A DNA stretch of 57,812 nt, filler included, from Jimgerdemannia flammicorona (taxonomy: Eukaryota): assembly GCA_003990765.1 (NCBI GenBank). It is 3 parts of 3 records of this genome, joined end to end, with 100 filler letters (N's around TTAATTAATTAA, not from the genome) between each part and the next. Parts side by side here need not be neighbours in the genome. Positions count along the whole stretch, not along the records: positions 19,312 to 38,512 come from RBNJ01002000.1; positions 38,613 to 57,812 come from RBNJ01002001.1; 1 more part is not named here. The stretch is one strand, 5' to 3'. A program made the position numbers and the translations under genes. The first letter of the stretch is position 1; each line of letters opens with the position of its first letter. This document shows, one piece after another, positions 27,141 through 39,143 of this stretch. Below the pieces are notes generated by a model that had not been told where the DNA came from, did no database searches, and saw only the letters and a program-made list of their open reading frames with translations.

Positions 27141-29212
27141 CTAGTAGTATTGTTATATAAGAATAAGGATAGGAAAGTAGATTGGAGAAATTGAAGACTG
27201 ATAATCTTTTGGATATAGACAGAAAGTTGATCACTAAGATAATTATTGTGAGGCTGCAGAAGATGGCTCAATAGATATTAGATACTGAGTAATAGAGCTT
27301 TATTAGAGATGAGATAGTATAGATATATAGTATGATTGAAGAGATAAGGACTAGTAGACTAGATGGGAGTTAGTTTTTCTAGATCAAGAGAAAGCCTATG
27401 ATTGAGTTTAGTGAGTTTGACTGAGGAAGATATTAGAGAGAATTAGTATCTCTTACTGATTCTGAGTTTTAATAATTAGTCTATTAGCAAATAGTAGGGC
27501 AGCAATTTTATATAATAATCATTATAGTATTATATTCTCATTAGAGAGAGGAGTTCCCCAGGGGGGTCCACTGTCTCCTATCCTATATACTTTGTTTTTA
27601 GAGCTATTTATAAATAGAATTTATTATAAGGTTTCAGAGCTTCTGGTCCTAAAAGTGATCTGAAAGATTGGAGTCTTTACAGATGATATAGTAGTTAGAC
27701 TTGGCTCTATTGCAGATATGGGTATACTAAGAGAAGTTGTAAATTAGTATGAAGAGCACTCTGGGGTAAAGCTTAATTAATATAAGTATGAGATAATGGT
27801 ACTGAAGAATAGTCTTACTCAGAGCTTAGTAGAAAAAGAAGATAGTAGAATAGAGAAATGTCTTTTGGAGTTAGGGGAGACACTACATTTCTCTTACTAA
27901 GTAAGTATCAATTTTGAATATCTACTGACTGCTAAAGTTCTGATATCTGGTATACTACTTGAATTTTCCTATATAGGTGGTAAGAAAGTTACTTAAAATA
28001 CCTAAGAACTGAATTTGGACTAAGAGAAGAAGTTAGATAAGTTAGGAGATCTTGACAACTCTAGTGAGCAGAAGAGGAGTTGGTCTGATAGACTTTCTAA
28101 AGAGATTGTACAGTCTTAAGACCTAGTAGTTAAAGAGAACTATCAAGCTATAAAGAGATAGATATATAAGTACTATTGATATAAAGGGTCTGGGAGGTGA
28201 GGTTCTCTTCTAGAGATTTCTCTAATGATCTGCTATTTATAATTAGATTAGAGAATAGTAGGTGCTTATAGTACTGGAGATTCTGGTGGAGAGTAAAGGA
28301 TACTTACTATATTAGTTTATACTAGTATGGTAGCAAGAGTGAGACTCAATGGAATTTTATAATATAGAGATAAGATAGACTTCTGTTAGATAGTATACTA
28401 TTGGTAGACTTTAACATTGATAAAAGTATTAAGTATCAGTAGAGGGTGAATTAGAATCTGTAACCTGTAGACTGATAGATAGCAGATATTAGTAAGGCTT
28501 GGAACTGAACTAGAGTCTGGTTTTAGAGTACTGAGATACAGTAATAGCTTTTTTCTAGGTTCTAGATAATATAGTGATATATTTTAAGAAGAAATATTAT
28601 ATTAAACTTTTAGTCAGGATATTTGATAGTGGGTGAAAGTTTTGAGTATAAGGACTGCTTTAATATAAGATAAGAGGAGAGAATTATACAAATATCTAAA
28701 CATTGGCTAAGGAAGTATAAGATACTTAGTAATTTCTAAAGAAAGATTAAAGACTATCTGAGAGTGAGACAGTATATTGGTAAGAGAGAGAGTAGATAGG
28801 AGGATTTGAAGAAGTAGTTGATAGAGTGAATTAGTAATAAGTAGTTTACTATTAGATAGATATTAATAATATAGATAGAGTTGACTGAATACCAGCTATA
28901 TATATTTGAAAATAAGAGAATAATAATATTAGAGAATAAGATAGTGAGGTAAAAGAGACTGATAGTAGACATTCTGTCTAGCTGATGGAGGGGGGGAGTC
29001 CTTAAGAGAGGTTACTATAGAAGTAATTTATGAGAAGTATTGTAGATAGATTACTATAGATAATAGTATAGTTATTTTTAAGAGTAAGAGTAGAGGAGAG
29101 AGAGTGTATTAAGGTAAGGTAGAGTAGAATAGATTAAATTGGGGCAGGTTGGATTGGGGTTATTAGTGTGATATGAGAGCTATAGACTAGTTAATAAAGT
29201 GAGTTTAAATAA

Positions 29213-29240
<28 letters not shown>
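27141..29240 (+). mobile_element. Old L1/Tx1-like LINE, 3' part (RT to tail)
   Basis: LDQEKAYD, GVPQGGPLSP, FTDD. 3' AATAAA...AACTA followed by a (TA)n tail. Confidence 0.85.
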
Positions 29241-29244
<4 letters not shown>

Positions 29245-29324
29245 GATATAAGTAATGGATACAAAGGTATAAAGATAGTGTGTCAAATGTGTTTGAATAT
29301 GTATAAAAAAAGGATGATGTTATC

Positions 29325-29466
29325 AAAGATTCAAATTCCAAAAATTTAAATTGATCTAGATTAATTTAGATTGGATTATAAGATAAATCAGAGTTAATTT
29401 AAATCTATTACATAATGAATCTGATTTGAATCTCATCTGAATAAATTAATCTGTTTGGAGAACTAC
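29325..29466. repeat. Fragment related to the terminus of the foldback/TIR element family
   Basis: GATTC/GAATC-rich, ending TTTGGAGAACTA; compare GGAGCACTA at 33326 and 42982. Confidence 0.4.
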
Positions 29467-29469
29467 TCA

Positions 29470-30017
29470 CAGAGTATATGATTGCAGATTCACTTACTAA
29501 AGCTCTCCTGGGATCTAAATTCAAACAATGTAAAAGAAATGAGTCTTATAGTAAACTATATACTAGTAATGAAACTATACACCAATGAATAATTACAGGA
29601 CATTTCATAATGAAAAGGAAGCAGAAAAACAATGCATTACATTTTTCTACATCTCTCTCTCTCAAGCATTACATTGCATTTTTCTTCTTTTTCTTCTTCT
29701 ATATTTGAGTTTTCCTACTATTAGAATATATCTATATTCTTCATTTTCACTACAGTTTTCTTATGCTTTAAGCATGAGTATATAGCATTATTTTAGTACA
29801 TTCGCAGTCATTTTGTGGTTATTGCTTGGTTACATGACATTCCTGCTTATATTGCATTCTTGCATATTATCTCGTTGAGCGGGAGTGTTGAAATTCTCTC
29901 GATAATGTGGCTTATACGTAACTACGTCATCTTTGAGTTACGTCACTCGACGCGAGCAATCAATAAAAACAACGCTGCTCTTCTCCTCCACTCCATATTC
30001 CCCACTAAGTTACAATA
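29470..30017 (+). mobile_element. Ty1/Copia 3' end: RNase H C-terminus, polypurine tract and a short LTR (~29886-30017)
   Basis: MIADSLTKAL at ~29478. PPT TTGAGCGGGAG directly before TGTTG at 29886. AATAAA inside the LTR. End CAATA is probably a mutated CAACA. Confidence 0.75.
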
Positions 30018-30304
30018 GAGAATGAAGTTAAAAGACATATTGTGGAATGCGATTGCATATTGGCTCGACCGCTAAAGAAAACGAGAGAGGTGTGTAAACA
30101 AACCAAAACATATATCATGGACTTACAAACACAGAGCTGTATATGCTTAAATATTTTTTCTTACACGCCCTGTTGATCGGAGATTTGAGCTCTCTTTTCT
30201 GTTAATAAAAACGCACAAAATGTATTGAGGATTAACACCAAGTCACGTGGTTTGATACCAATAGTCAACAATCCGATTTCGCCCTTTTTTTCTGTGACCA
30301 AAAA

Positions 30305-32071
30305 ATGACCAACCACTGCACGGAGAACCTCGTTGCCCTTATATGTGCCAGTAATAGCGGAGTCCCTTTTTCCGTGAGCAAGCTTCGTCAGATATACGCC
30401 ATATGGAAGATTCCGCCCAAGCGAACCCTGCCCGAATTCCTCTTTTCGCACCCCGAAATCTTTCATCTTTACCGAGGATACGTCACGCTGAACCCAACGC
30501 ACGGAGAATTTGTGTGCCTATCCAAGCTGGAACAGGTCCTCATCGAATTGACGACGAACGGCCCCGTAGATATATCACTCTTGGAAGCCCGGTACATGGA
30601 ACGCTTTGGGACCGGATACTGGAAACGGTCGCTGCCGACCTTCCTCGCCGAGCATCCTGACATGTTCTTCATCGATGGAGACAACGTGGAGATGGTGGCG
30701 ACGTATGCGGCGACTAAATGCGTGAGCAGGCTTGCGCAACTTTTGCACCCGCGGAGGAAGACGCCCTTGAAAGTGGATATATCGGCCTTGGAGGGCTGGT
30801 ACAACCTGAATTTTGGGCCTGGGTATTGGAAGCAGCTTCCCGGCGAGACCCTCAAGTCGCTCTTGGCTCGGCATTCCAATTTTTTTATCGTTGATGGGGA
30901 AGAAGTCACGCTGCGCATCACCGAAACCCTATGCGTCACCTACCTTCGCCAGCTTGTGGAGTTCGCGTCCGGGAGGAAAGTGGATTCATCCGATCTGGCC
31001 TCGTTATACAAAGAAAAATACAAGTACAATGATTGGAAGTGCTTCGGAAAAAAATTCGATGCCTTCCTGAAAGATCACCCCAACGATTTCCGGTTCGACA
31101 ATCACGGCCACATTACTCTTGTCGCTCGAAAGTCCACGGCATCTCACAATGACACTTATTCTAGTGAATTCAACGACCCCATCTCTAATTTAACGCACGA
31201 AGTCGATGGTGCGGACAGTAACGGTGATTCGTTATCTCTCGACGCCTCCTTCCGGACCTCGACAACTGAATCATCCTCGACCCAGAAAACATCATTCTGG
31301 GACGAGAGCGAAGAATCTACATGGACAACATATAGTGTCGCCGACGACCTGCCGATTACGTCACCGTCAACAATTCTCCCCGCCACCGCAGAGCCCTACC
31401 CTGCTCAAACCATGTTCAACCATCTCCATCCCCCGGCGCCCGAGCCATGGGAACGGCGCCCCGCAAGCCCGGCCGTCAGCGTCGTCAACTTTCGTATAGC
31501 TGATATTATTATACCAAACTCTGACAATCGCGCCGGTGCGTGGCGCACCACCGTCTCGAGCGAGACATTGGAGTGCGGCGACGCCGATGCCAACGATCTG
31601 ACGTCCTCTGATCTGGCATCCGAGTCGCCGTTTTTAGAGCACGCGTGGCCCCCCCTTGTGCCCTCGTCCAACTCCCATGATGCGTGCGGCGTGCGTGCTG
31701 CCGGTCCCTCCGAGGATTGTCAACACCTCACGCTCGACGCGTCGTGGGATTTAGACGCGGAACGTGGCGGCGCGGCGATTGGGATTGGGGATGGGATGGG
31801 GAGGAGGAGGAGCGGGTTGCATGAGAGGTTGAAGCTATCGGACCCGGCGAGTCACATCGGGATCCTTGAGGGGTTGTTGGAAATGGAGCGGCGGAGGAAC
31901 GAATTGGAACGGCGGAGGAATAGGGACGCGCGAGATAGGATTGGGGAGTTGGAGCGCTTGATCGTGGAGAGAGAGCAGGAGATTGAGGAGTTGAGGGATA
32001 AGATTAACAGGATGGAGGAGATCATGGTCTTGGAGGGAAGTATGCGTGGGCTAGAGTTGAATGCATACTAA
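30305..32071 (+). CDS. Intronless 588-aa protein: four tandem LOTUS/OST-HTH-like winged-helix repeats, Ser/Thr/Pro-rich linker, C-terminal coiled coil
   Basis: Long uninterrupted CpG-rich ORF. Repeated pattern C..L..L...VDIS.L...Y...FG..WK...L..FL..HP..F..DG..V.L. Heptad-rich tail RIGELERLIVEREQEIEELRDKINRME. Confidence 0.75.
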   Translation: MTNHCTENLVALICASNSGVPFSVSKLRQIYAIWKIPPKRTLPEFLFSHPEIFHLYRGYVTLNPTHGEFVCLSKLEQVLIELTTNGPVDISLLEARYMERFGTGYWKRSLPTFLAEHPDMFFIDGDNVEMVATYAATKCVSRLAQLLHPRRKTPLKVDISALEGWYNLNFGPGYWKQLPGETLKSLLARHSNFFIVDGEEVTLRITETLCVTYLRQLVEFASGRKVDSSDLASLYKEKYKYNDWKCFGKKFDAFLKDHPNDFRFDNHGHITLVARKSTASHNDTYSSEFNDPISNLTHEVDGADSNGDSLSLDASFRTSTTESSSTQKTSFWDESEESTWTTYSVADDLPITSPSTILPATAEPYPAQTMFNHLHPPAPEPWERRPASPAVSVVNFRIADIIIPNSDNRAGAWRTTVSSETLECGDADANDLTSSDLASESPFLEHAWPPLVPSSNSHDACGVRAAGPSEDCQHLTLDASWDLDAERGGAAIGIGDGMGRRRSGLHERLKLSDPASHIGILEGLLEMERRRNELERRRNRDARDRIGELERLIVEREQEIEELRDKINRMEEIMVLEGSMRGLELNAY

Positions 32072-33027
32072 TGTGGTTTTACGGATGTAGGATTTTGAAT
32101 GCAAACAGATGAAGGAGAATCTTTTAGTGATCGGCTAGTCCGCTTTTTTTGCTTACTCTTTACGGATCATGCCAAACAGCAATAGTTTCGATGCAAAGAA
32201 TTTGGTAATCATTGTACGAAGTAGTGCATTCGTGTTTTATTTGTCTATATTTGTGTCTTTATAGTTGAGATAATACCCTCACGTCATGGCCGGCGTGACG
32301 TAAGTGTAACCTTACCTCGTAGTGGGTCATCAACGAGTTGGGTAGTATTTTTTAGTAAGGCCACAAAAACCGAACATGACGTGTCGAAATTGTTGTTTGT
32401 TGTCAGTCTCAGTGTGAATCGATGATGCGCTCAGGCGGTTTGTGTTGCGCGGTATGCGGCGACGCAGAAGAGGAGGGTGGTGGGGAAGGTTGCTGTCACG
32501 AAAGTATATCCATGGTTTCGTTCCATCGTGTGAAGAATGCAATTGCAAGTAAAACAAAGCCAACCCAATTCGCGACGCGATGTGTCGTGACTCAATGAGA
32601 GTGCGTTTTACAGGCTGTTGGGGCTTGCTTGGCCAACCAATGGGGATTTTGTAATAAAAGTGATTCTGAAATAGAGCAACGAGGATGGTCGGAGTACCAT
32701 TTGTACTTGAGACGGAAGTGTAAATTTTTCATCTTGGCAAGGTTCTTCGGCACCAGGCAAGCGAGGATGATGGAGGTGGAGGGGGGGAAGAGCGGTGCAT
32801 CACGCCGTGCGTTGGGTGGTTAGTGAATCTCAGTGAAGAAACTAAGATATGGATAATATCGTGAAATCCAATCTCATTTTGTATTCTATCCTATTCTAAT
32901 TTTATATCTTATATCGTATTCCTTCCCAACTCGTATCTTACACTGCGCTTGTTAAATACTTTGTATAAATACTTCCATTATTTATTCAATAAATTACAGT
33001 TCAGCACCATACGGCCTTCAGACACTG

Positions 33028-33326
33028 GATTCGAATTAGAAATCAATAAGAACTCTCATTATCAAATGATATCAGATGTTCCATATTCTAAGAACACATT
33101 GCTTTAATATATTTAGAGTATCATTCTTATTGTATCATTCTTTAGATTTGCCTTATCTAAGAGAATCTAGCACAACAAAGATCATCAAATTTGGATGCAT
33201 TTTGGTTAAGTTATTGCATTTCAAAGTTTGACTCTTAATTTCAAATCAAATCAGACCTCAATTCCTCAATTCAACTCAATTCAATTCGATTTGATTCAAA
33301 TTGATTCAATTCATTTGGGAGCACTA
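33028..33326. mobile_element. Fragment of a non-autonomous TIR element related to 42085-42982
   Basis: Shares AAGATCATCAAATTTGGATG, (AATTC/GATTC)n subterminal repeats and the terminus GGAGCACTA. Confidence 0.6.
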
Positions 33327-33495
33327 ATTATAGTTGTTAATATAATCTTAATATAGTATATAGAGATACTATTCATGTTAAAAATAGGAGTTATGGTGGT
33401 TCAGAAGTGGTGGTTGCGGTGTATTTGGAAATTGAAGTATATAGAAGAGTTGAAGTCGCTGCGCCACAGTTCGACTTATCCTTAAATCGGAATCT

Positions 33496-35110
33496 AACAG
33501 TGGTCTTAACCTCAAGGACGACATTGCCTCCATATGGAAAGACACAGCCTACCACGACATAACCATCGCCTGCGCTGATGGAGTCGAGCTTAGCGCTTGC
33601 CGTGCCGTATTGGCCGCAAGGTATATTCGATCGTTTCATGATTGTGTTTCATGGGGTTATAGACCTATATCTCTTATTAATTCACGTCGCATGATCCCAA
33701 AGGAGCCCGGTCTTCAAGGCAATGCTGTACGGAAAAATGCAAGAGAGCGTCTCCCAGAGAGTTGTCCTCCACGACATCAACTCTGCAGCGCTCACCATCG
33801 TCCTCGGCTTTATCTACACTGAATCAATCGATGACACCACCATCACCACCGCAGTGGACATCTACCGCGCAGCGAGCTTCCTTCTCCTTCCAAGGCTCAT
33901 GGCAATGGTGCTGGAGGGCGCCCGAGACATTTCCGACTTTGGTGGTCCTCTTCCCTCCTCAACGAGGCTACCACCTCCATCCCATGGAGTGAGGTTAGCA
34001 AGGACCTCTACGCTGTGCTCCTCAGGCCCTTCTACGCTCACAAGCTCGCTGTAGACTTAATGTCGTGGACGATGACTCGCTGAGAGGCACTCTATTGCAT
34101 GTTTCCGTATAGCATTACCTTTAATACGGGACCATATGACATGAAAAAATGTGAGATAGATATATAACCCCACAAAACACAATCAAGACACACTGCGCAG
34201 CTAGTACAGCACGGCAAGCGCCAAGCTCTACGCCATCAGCGCAGACGATAAGCAATTGCTGTAAGATGCACATGATGACAAAATTGACATCAAGATTTTC
34301 TATGTGCCCAAGCATTTACTACATCTCTTTCTAGCGGATGCCAGAAAGGATAAAATACGCAAAATTCATGCAATACATATTTTTCGGCTAAAAGATGTAT
34401 GAGGATGGGTTGTATTCACAAGACAAAAATCAAAGACGACGCCATAGGAGATTTGGCAGACCTCTCCAAAGAGGTTATCGAGCTGCTCTTCACCGCACCC
34501 TGGGCGACTACGACCTCCTTCTGTATATCATTGACTGGGTCTGGGCGAATTCCGAAGAGCCGGAACCCGATGTTGTGGAGCGTCATGACGTTTTGCGTGA
34601 TGTTGCCAGTATGGTTCCGGGATGCGAAGGAAAATTCGGCTAGAAAATGACTCGTTGCTAAACATGATGGGGCACGTGGATCTCACCCTTGTGTGCCCGC
34701 ATCGCCTGAAGATCCTCACGGAGGCGGTCAATGGGCTTGCCGAGACATCTCCGCACTACATAGCCTTTTGGTATCACGTAACCTCCGCTCCCGGAATGAC
34801 AACTCAGGATGGGCTGTGCGAATGGAATGTAGTTGTCGAGTCCATTGGATATAACGCATCTGGGGAACCGTTTAGCAGGATCGGGTTGGTGGGCGAGCAG
34901 TTTACTGACTTCGATTCCCAAATACCGCAAGACCGATTATCGGAAAGTAATGGGACCGAGAGAGACCCGCTACTATGGCGTCATTCTTCGGAGTGGCGAT
35001 GTAGTGACTTTTCATTTGGATGAAGGCAACCATACTTGCGCCCTTTCCGTCAATGGGATTAACCACGGAATTGCAGAGACTTTGGGCTTTCAATCCAAGT
35101 ATCGGATAAA
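33496..35110 (+). pseudogene. Rearranged BTB-SPRY paralog with deletions, frameshifts and an internal inverted exon-1 fragment
   Basis: LAAR|SPVFKAMLYG BTB motif across an intron. Colinear with 35490-37002. Reverse-strand IVCADGVELGACRAVLAA at ~34190-34250. Confidence 0.85.
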
Positions 35111-35489
35111 AAATCCATGCATATATATATAGTGTTATCTTCGATTTTTATCTCCACTTTTCGGCAGATTGACATTTTATTGTATGGATTTGGTGTATCC
35201 TTCTTCCATTCTTTCAGCACAAATATATTCTAGTTACTGCTTTCACTCGCTGATAATACCTAAAATGACTGTAGTTGTTCTGTCGCACAACAATTCTTCG
35301 GCATTTCCCACGTGCCCCCAAAATCTTGGTTAGGTGAAATCACAGAACGGTAAATGTATATCGCACTGATATTATTCTATGTTTTTCCTTTGACATTTGG
35401 CACTCTTCAGGATACGCATGAGGTAATTTACTGTGACGACGGCTGGGTATGAATTACAACAGGTCATAATTACTGCGCCACCGCTCAAC

Positions 35490-37002
35490 ATGTCTTTGAA
35501 TAATAAAAAACGAAACATGGTTGTGGAAACCAGCAGTGGTCTTAGCCTCAAGGATGACATCGCCTCCATGTGGAAAGACACCTCCTACCACGATGTAACC
35601 ATCGTCTGCGCTGATGGCGTCGAGCTTGGCGCTTGTCGTGCCGTGCTGTGTTTAATCGTTTCTTGATTGTGTTCATGAGTTTTATAGATATATCTTATCT
35701 TTAATTTATGTCACATGGTCCGAAAGGTGTCCCATCTTCAAGGCAATGCTGTACGGAAAAATGCAAGAGAGCATCTCCCAGCGAGTCATCCTCCATGACA
35801 TCAACTCTGCAGCGCTCACCATCGTCTTCGGCTTCATCTACACCGAATCGATCGATGACACAATTATCACCATCGCGGTGGACGTCTACCGCGCAGCGAG
35901 CTTCTTTATCCTCCCAAAGCTTATGGCAATGGTGCTGGAGCGCGCCCGAGACATTTCCGACTTTGGCGTCTCCTCGTCTCTACTCAACGTGGCTGCCGCC
36001 TCCATCCCTTGGAGTGAGGACAGCAAGAACTTCTACGCCGTGCTACTCAAGCCCTTCTACACTCGCAAAATCGCCATAGGAGATTTGACAGACCTCTCCG
36101 AAGAGGCTATCGAGCTGCTCTTCACTGCACCCTGGGCGACTACTTTCGTCACTCCCGAATACGACCTGCTTCTGTGTGTCATCGACTGGGTCTGGGCGCA
36201 TTCCGAAGAATCGGGACCCGACATTGCGGAGCGTCATAATGTCTTGCGCGATGTTGCCAGTATGGTTCCGGGATGCGAGGGCAAAATTCAGCTTGATAAT
36301 GACTCGTTGCTGAACATGATGAGGCATATGGACCTCATCCTTGTGTGCCCCCATCGCTGGAAGATCCTCACGGAGGCGATCGATGGGTTTGCCGAGACGT
36401 CTCCGCACTACATGGTCCTTTGTCACCACGCATGCAAGAATACTGTGTGCCCAACGGGGCACCCGTCTGGGTACAGAGGAAGTAAAGAGCTTCAGTGGGA
36501 TCGATCGAAGGTCGGCTCGCGCGTTGTTGTCTCAAGCGATGGCAAGGGTGTGGAACTTTCTGTCGGAACCCCGGCGTCCATGATACAGACGGCGCGGATC
36601 TCCGTCTCCGGAATGACAGTTCAGGATGGGCTGTGGGAATGCGATGTAGTGGTCGAGTCCATTGGATATAACCAGAATAGAAAACCATTTTGCCGAATCG
36701 GATTGGTGGGCGAGAAGTTCACTGGTTTCGATTCCCAAATGAATCCCAAATCATCGGTGTGGGTATTCCGGTCTGGCGACGATTATCGGAAAGTAATGGG
36801 GCCGAGAGAGATCCGTGAATACGGTGTGACTCTTCGGAATGGTGATGTAGTGACTTGGCATCTAGATAAAGGCAACCACACTTGCGCCCTTTCTATCAAT
36901 GGAATTAGCCAAGGGATTGCGTGGACCCACCTCCCGGAAATAGTGTACCCTGCTGTGACTTTGGGAGTTCAATCCAAGTACCGGATAAAAGATCGTCTTT
37001 AA
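35490..37002 (+). CDS. BTB/POZ plus SPRY(B30.2)-like domain protein; exons 35490-35647 and 35727-37002
   Basis: BTB YHDVTIVCADGVELGACRAVL|CPIFKAMLYGKMQES..FIYT. SPRY-like YGVTLRNGDVVTWHLDKGNHTCALSINGISQGIAWTHLPEIVYPAVTL. The donor site GTGTTT is weak. Confidence 0.8.
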
Positions 37003-37503
37003 TTTTATCTCTTCATTATTTTTAGCTGATCGACATATATTACACATTGCATGTATGTGTACATATTTTATCTTTTCAAGTATCCGTTAGTAAGCTCCTA
37101 TTTTTTTTTTATTTTTTTTTTTTTTTTTTTTTTATTTTTTTGTTAGTAAGCTCCTTTTTTTTTTTTATTTTTTTTTTTATTTTTTTTTTACTTATATTTC
37201 TGTTTGAACTCTCTAGCCAGTTCACGTATATGCCAGAATACATAAAATATCAGTTGATCAAAATTAGGGAGAGCACAGCCCTTTGAGTGTGTGTTCGACT
37301 GTGCATATGTGTAATTAATTTGTAATGCGCTTCGACCGCTGAGCAACGCGGGCTGAACTGCCGAGCGACGATTGACTGCTGAGCGACGATGAGTTGATAT
37401 GTGGGGAAAGGTGAAGATTGTTCAAAGCGCTCGGGCAATGGAAAAGCCAAGTTGTGCAGTTCGACATTTTTGTGGAGTATGAAAATTCGAATGTATATAG
37501 GAG

Positions 37504-37535
<32 letters not shown>

Positions 37536-38512
37536 CGGTCCACAATCTTTTTGTTCATGAAAGGCAGGCATAGTGTAACGAGCAAGCCTAAACCGGAGCG
37601 AATGATTGTGAGGATTGATTACATATCAGAGCCATTAATTATCAGCATCGGTTATCCATTTCGTAAAAATTTATACTTTACATCACTTGAAATTACACAT
37701 GTTTTGTTCGTGGTTACAATGAATTGCAAGGTCCTTCTATATACGGAACATATGACACTTGCACTAATCCGGTTTGGCAGAGAATAAGAGAAAAGTAAAA
37801 AAAAAAACGACATGACGGCAATCGCAGGTCAGGTCTGGTCACGACCGAATTACTGTGGACGTGATAACGCTAGCGTCGAAGCAAAACTCAATTTGGTTCT
37901 GATATGGGAGCTGTCTAACTTGCATTGGCACGTTGGCCGTAATAGAAGTGAGTCCTGTCCCTCGGCGTCTCGTAATGGGAAAGAGTGGTCGTATTGGCAA
38001 GCCGGCACAATAAATTGTATGTAGAAGCCGACACAACCCCACTGCCTCGTGATGGCTTCTGGGGCTATACCGAGAGGGTTGCATACTTTTTTTTTTTTTT
38101 TGTTCGAGATTGGACATAGCTTAGATATAAAAGCACATTCACAGACCACATATGAAATCGTCCAACATTACAGATCGTCATCCCGTTCCTAACCGAAAAT
38201 TCACCGCCTATCAGAAGAAATCTCTTCCAACCTCGGCGCACACAAACCCAATTCCTCAAAGCGCCTCGAAACCATCGTTTTACCTCACCAACCTCGCGCC
38301 AAGTCCTTCAACTCGCATGCCGGATCAACCCTATTCTGTCACGATGCCAACACGAAAGGCTCCCTTTCTGCATCCTCAGATCGTATGAAACCTAACACAT
38401 GCTGAAACCGTCAAATTTTCCTGGCGCCGTAGTGACACCCTCCGTGGCTGCCTCTCTAAACACAGCAAAATCGAATCGTGGAGAGACATGTTGGAGTTTT
38501 TTTTTTTTTTTT

Positions 38513-38612
38513 NNNNNNNNNNNNNNNNNNNNNNNNNNNNNNNNNNNNNNNNNNNNTTAATTAATTAANNNNNNNNNNNNNNNNNNNNNNNNNNNNNNNN
38601 NNNNNNNNNNNN
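38513..38612. other. Assembly gap with an artificial TTAATTAATTAA linker
   Basis: N-run with a six-frame stop linker. Confidence 0.97.
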
Positions 38613-38935
38613 AAAAAAAGAGAATTAGTTAGAGTTGGCTTTTATTATAAGATTCTTGATTTTTGCAATCTGCTCACTCTGATCAGTAGGGCAATCCCTT
38701 AGATAGTAATGTAGCCAAATTTGGCTGCAGAAATATTTGAGCCATAGTGGCTTCTGATTGGCTAAATATTTTAGCAAAAAAAATTTACATGAATCATTTT
38801 CAATATATGAGAGATAATCTATATAATTTACATATTCCAATTGATGTATATCATAGAACTACACCACCAACTTGAAAGAATGTCACCAAATCAGTAATAT
38901 CATCAAATTAGTGACATTGTATCCATATCTTCTAT

Positions 38936-39122
38936 CCCACCCCTGACACTCACTCCTGATGCTCACTATACCCTACCCCCAATACTCACTATACCTCACC
39001 CCCAATGCTCACTACACTCCACCCCTGATGCTCACTGCACCCCACCCCCAATACTTACTATACCCTACCCTCAATACTCACTATACCCTACCCCCAATAC
39101 TCACTACACCCCCCATGCTCAC
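38936..39122 (+). repeat. Minisatellite of ~22-bp C-rich units upstream of the piggyBac-like ORF
   Basis: About 8 copies of CCCC(T)GATGCTCACTGCACCC(C)A variants, differing mostly by C>T/G>A. Confidence 0.8.
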
Positions 39123-39143
39123 CTGTTAACTGGTGGACCTTAT

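Noticed and set aside
37047..38388. Short ORFs downstream of the BTB-SPRY gene
   Set aside because: Driven by poly(T)/poly(A) runs; no motif or convincing splice structure.
38936..39122. CRISPR-like array
   Set aside because: Contiguous degenerate tandem units with no unique spacers and no cas genes, in a eukaryotic context.
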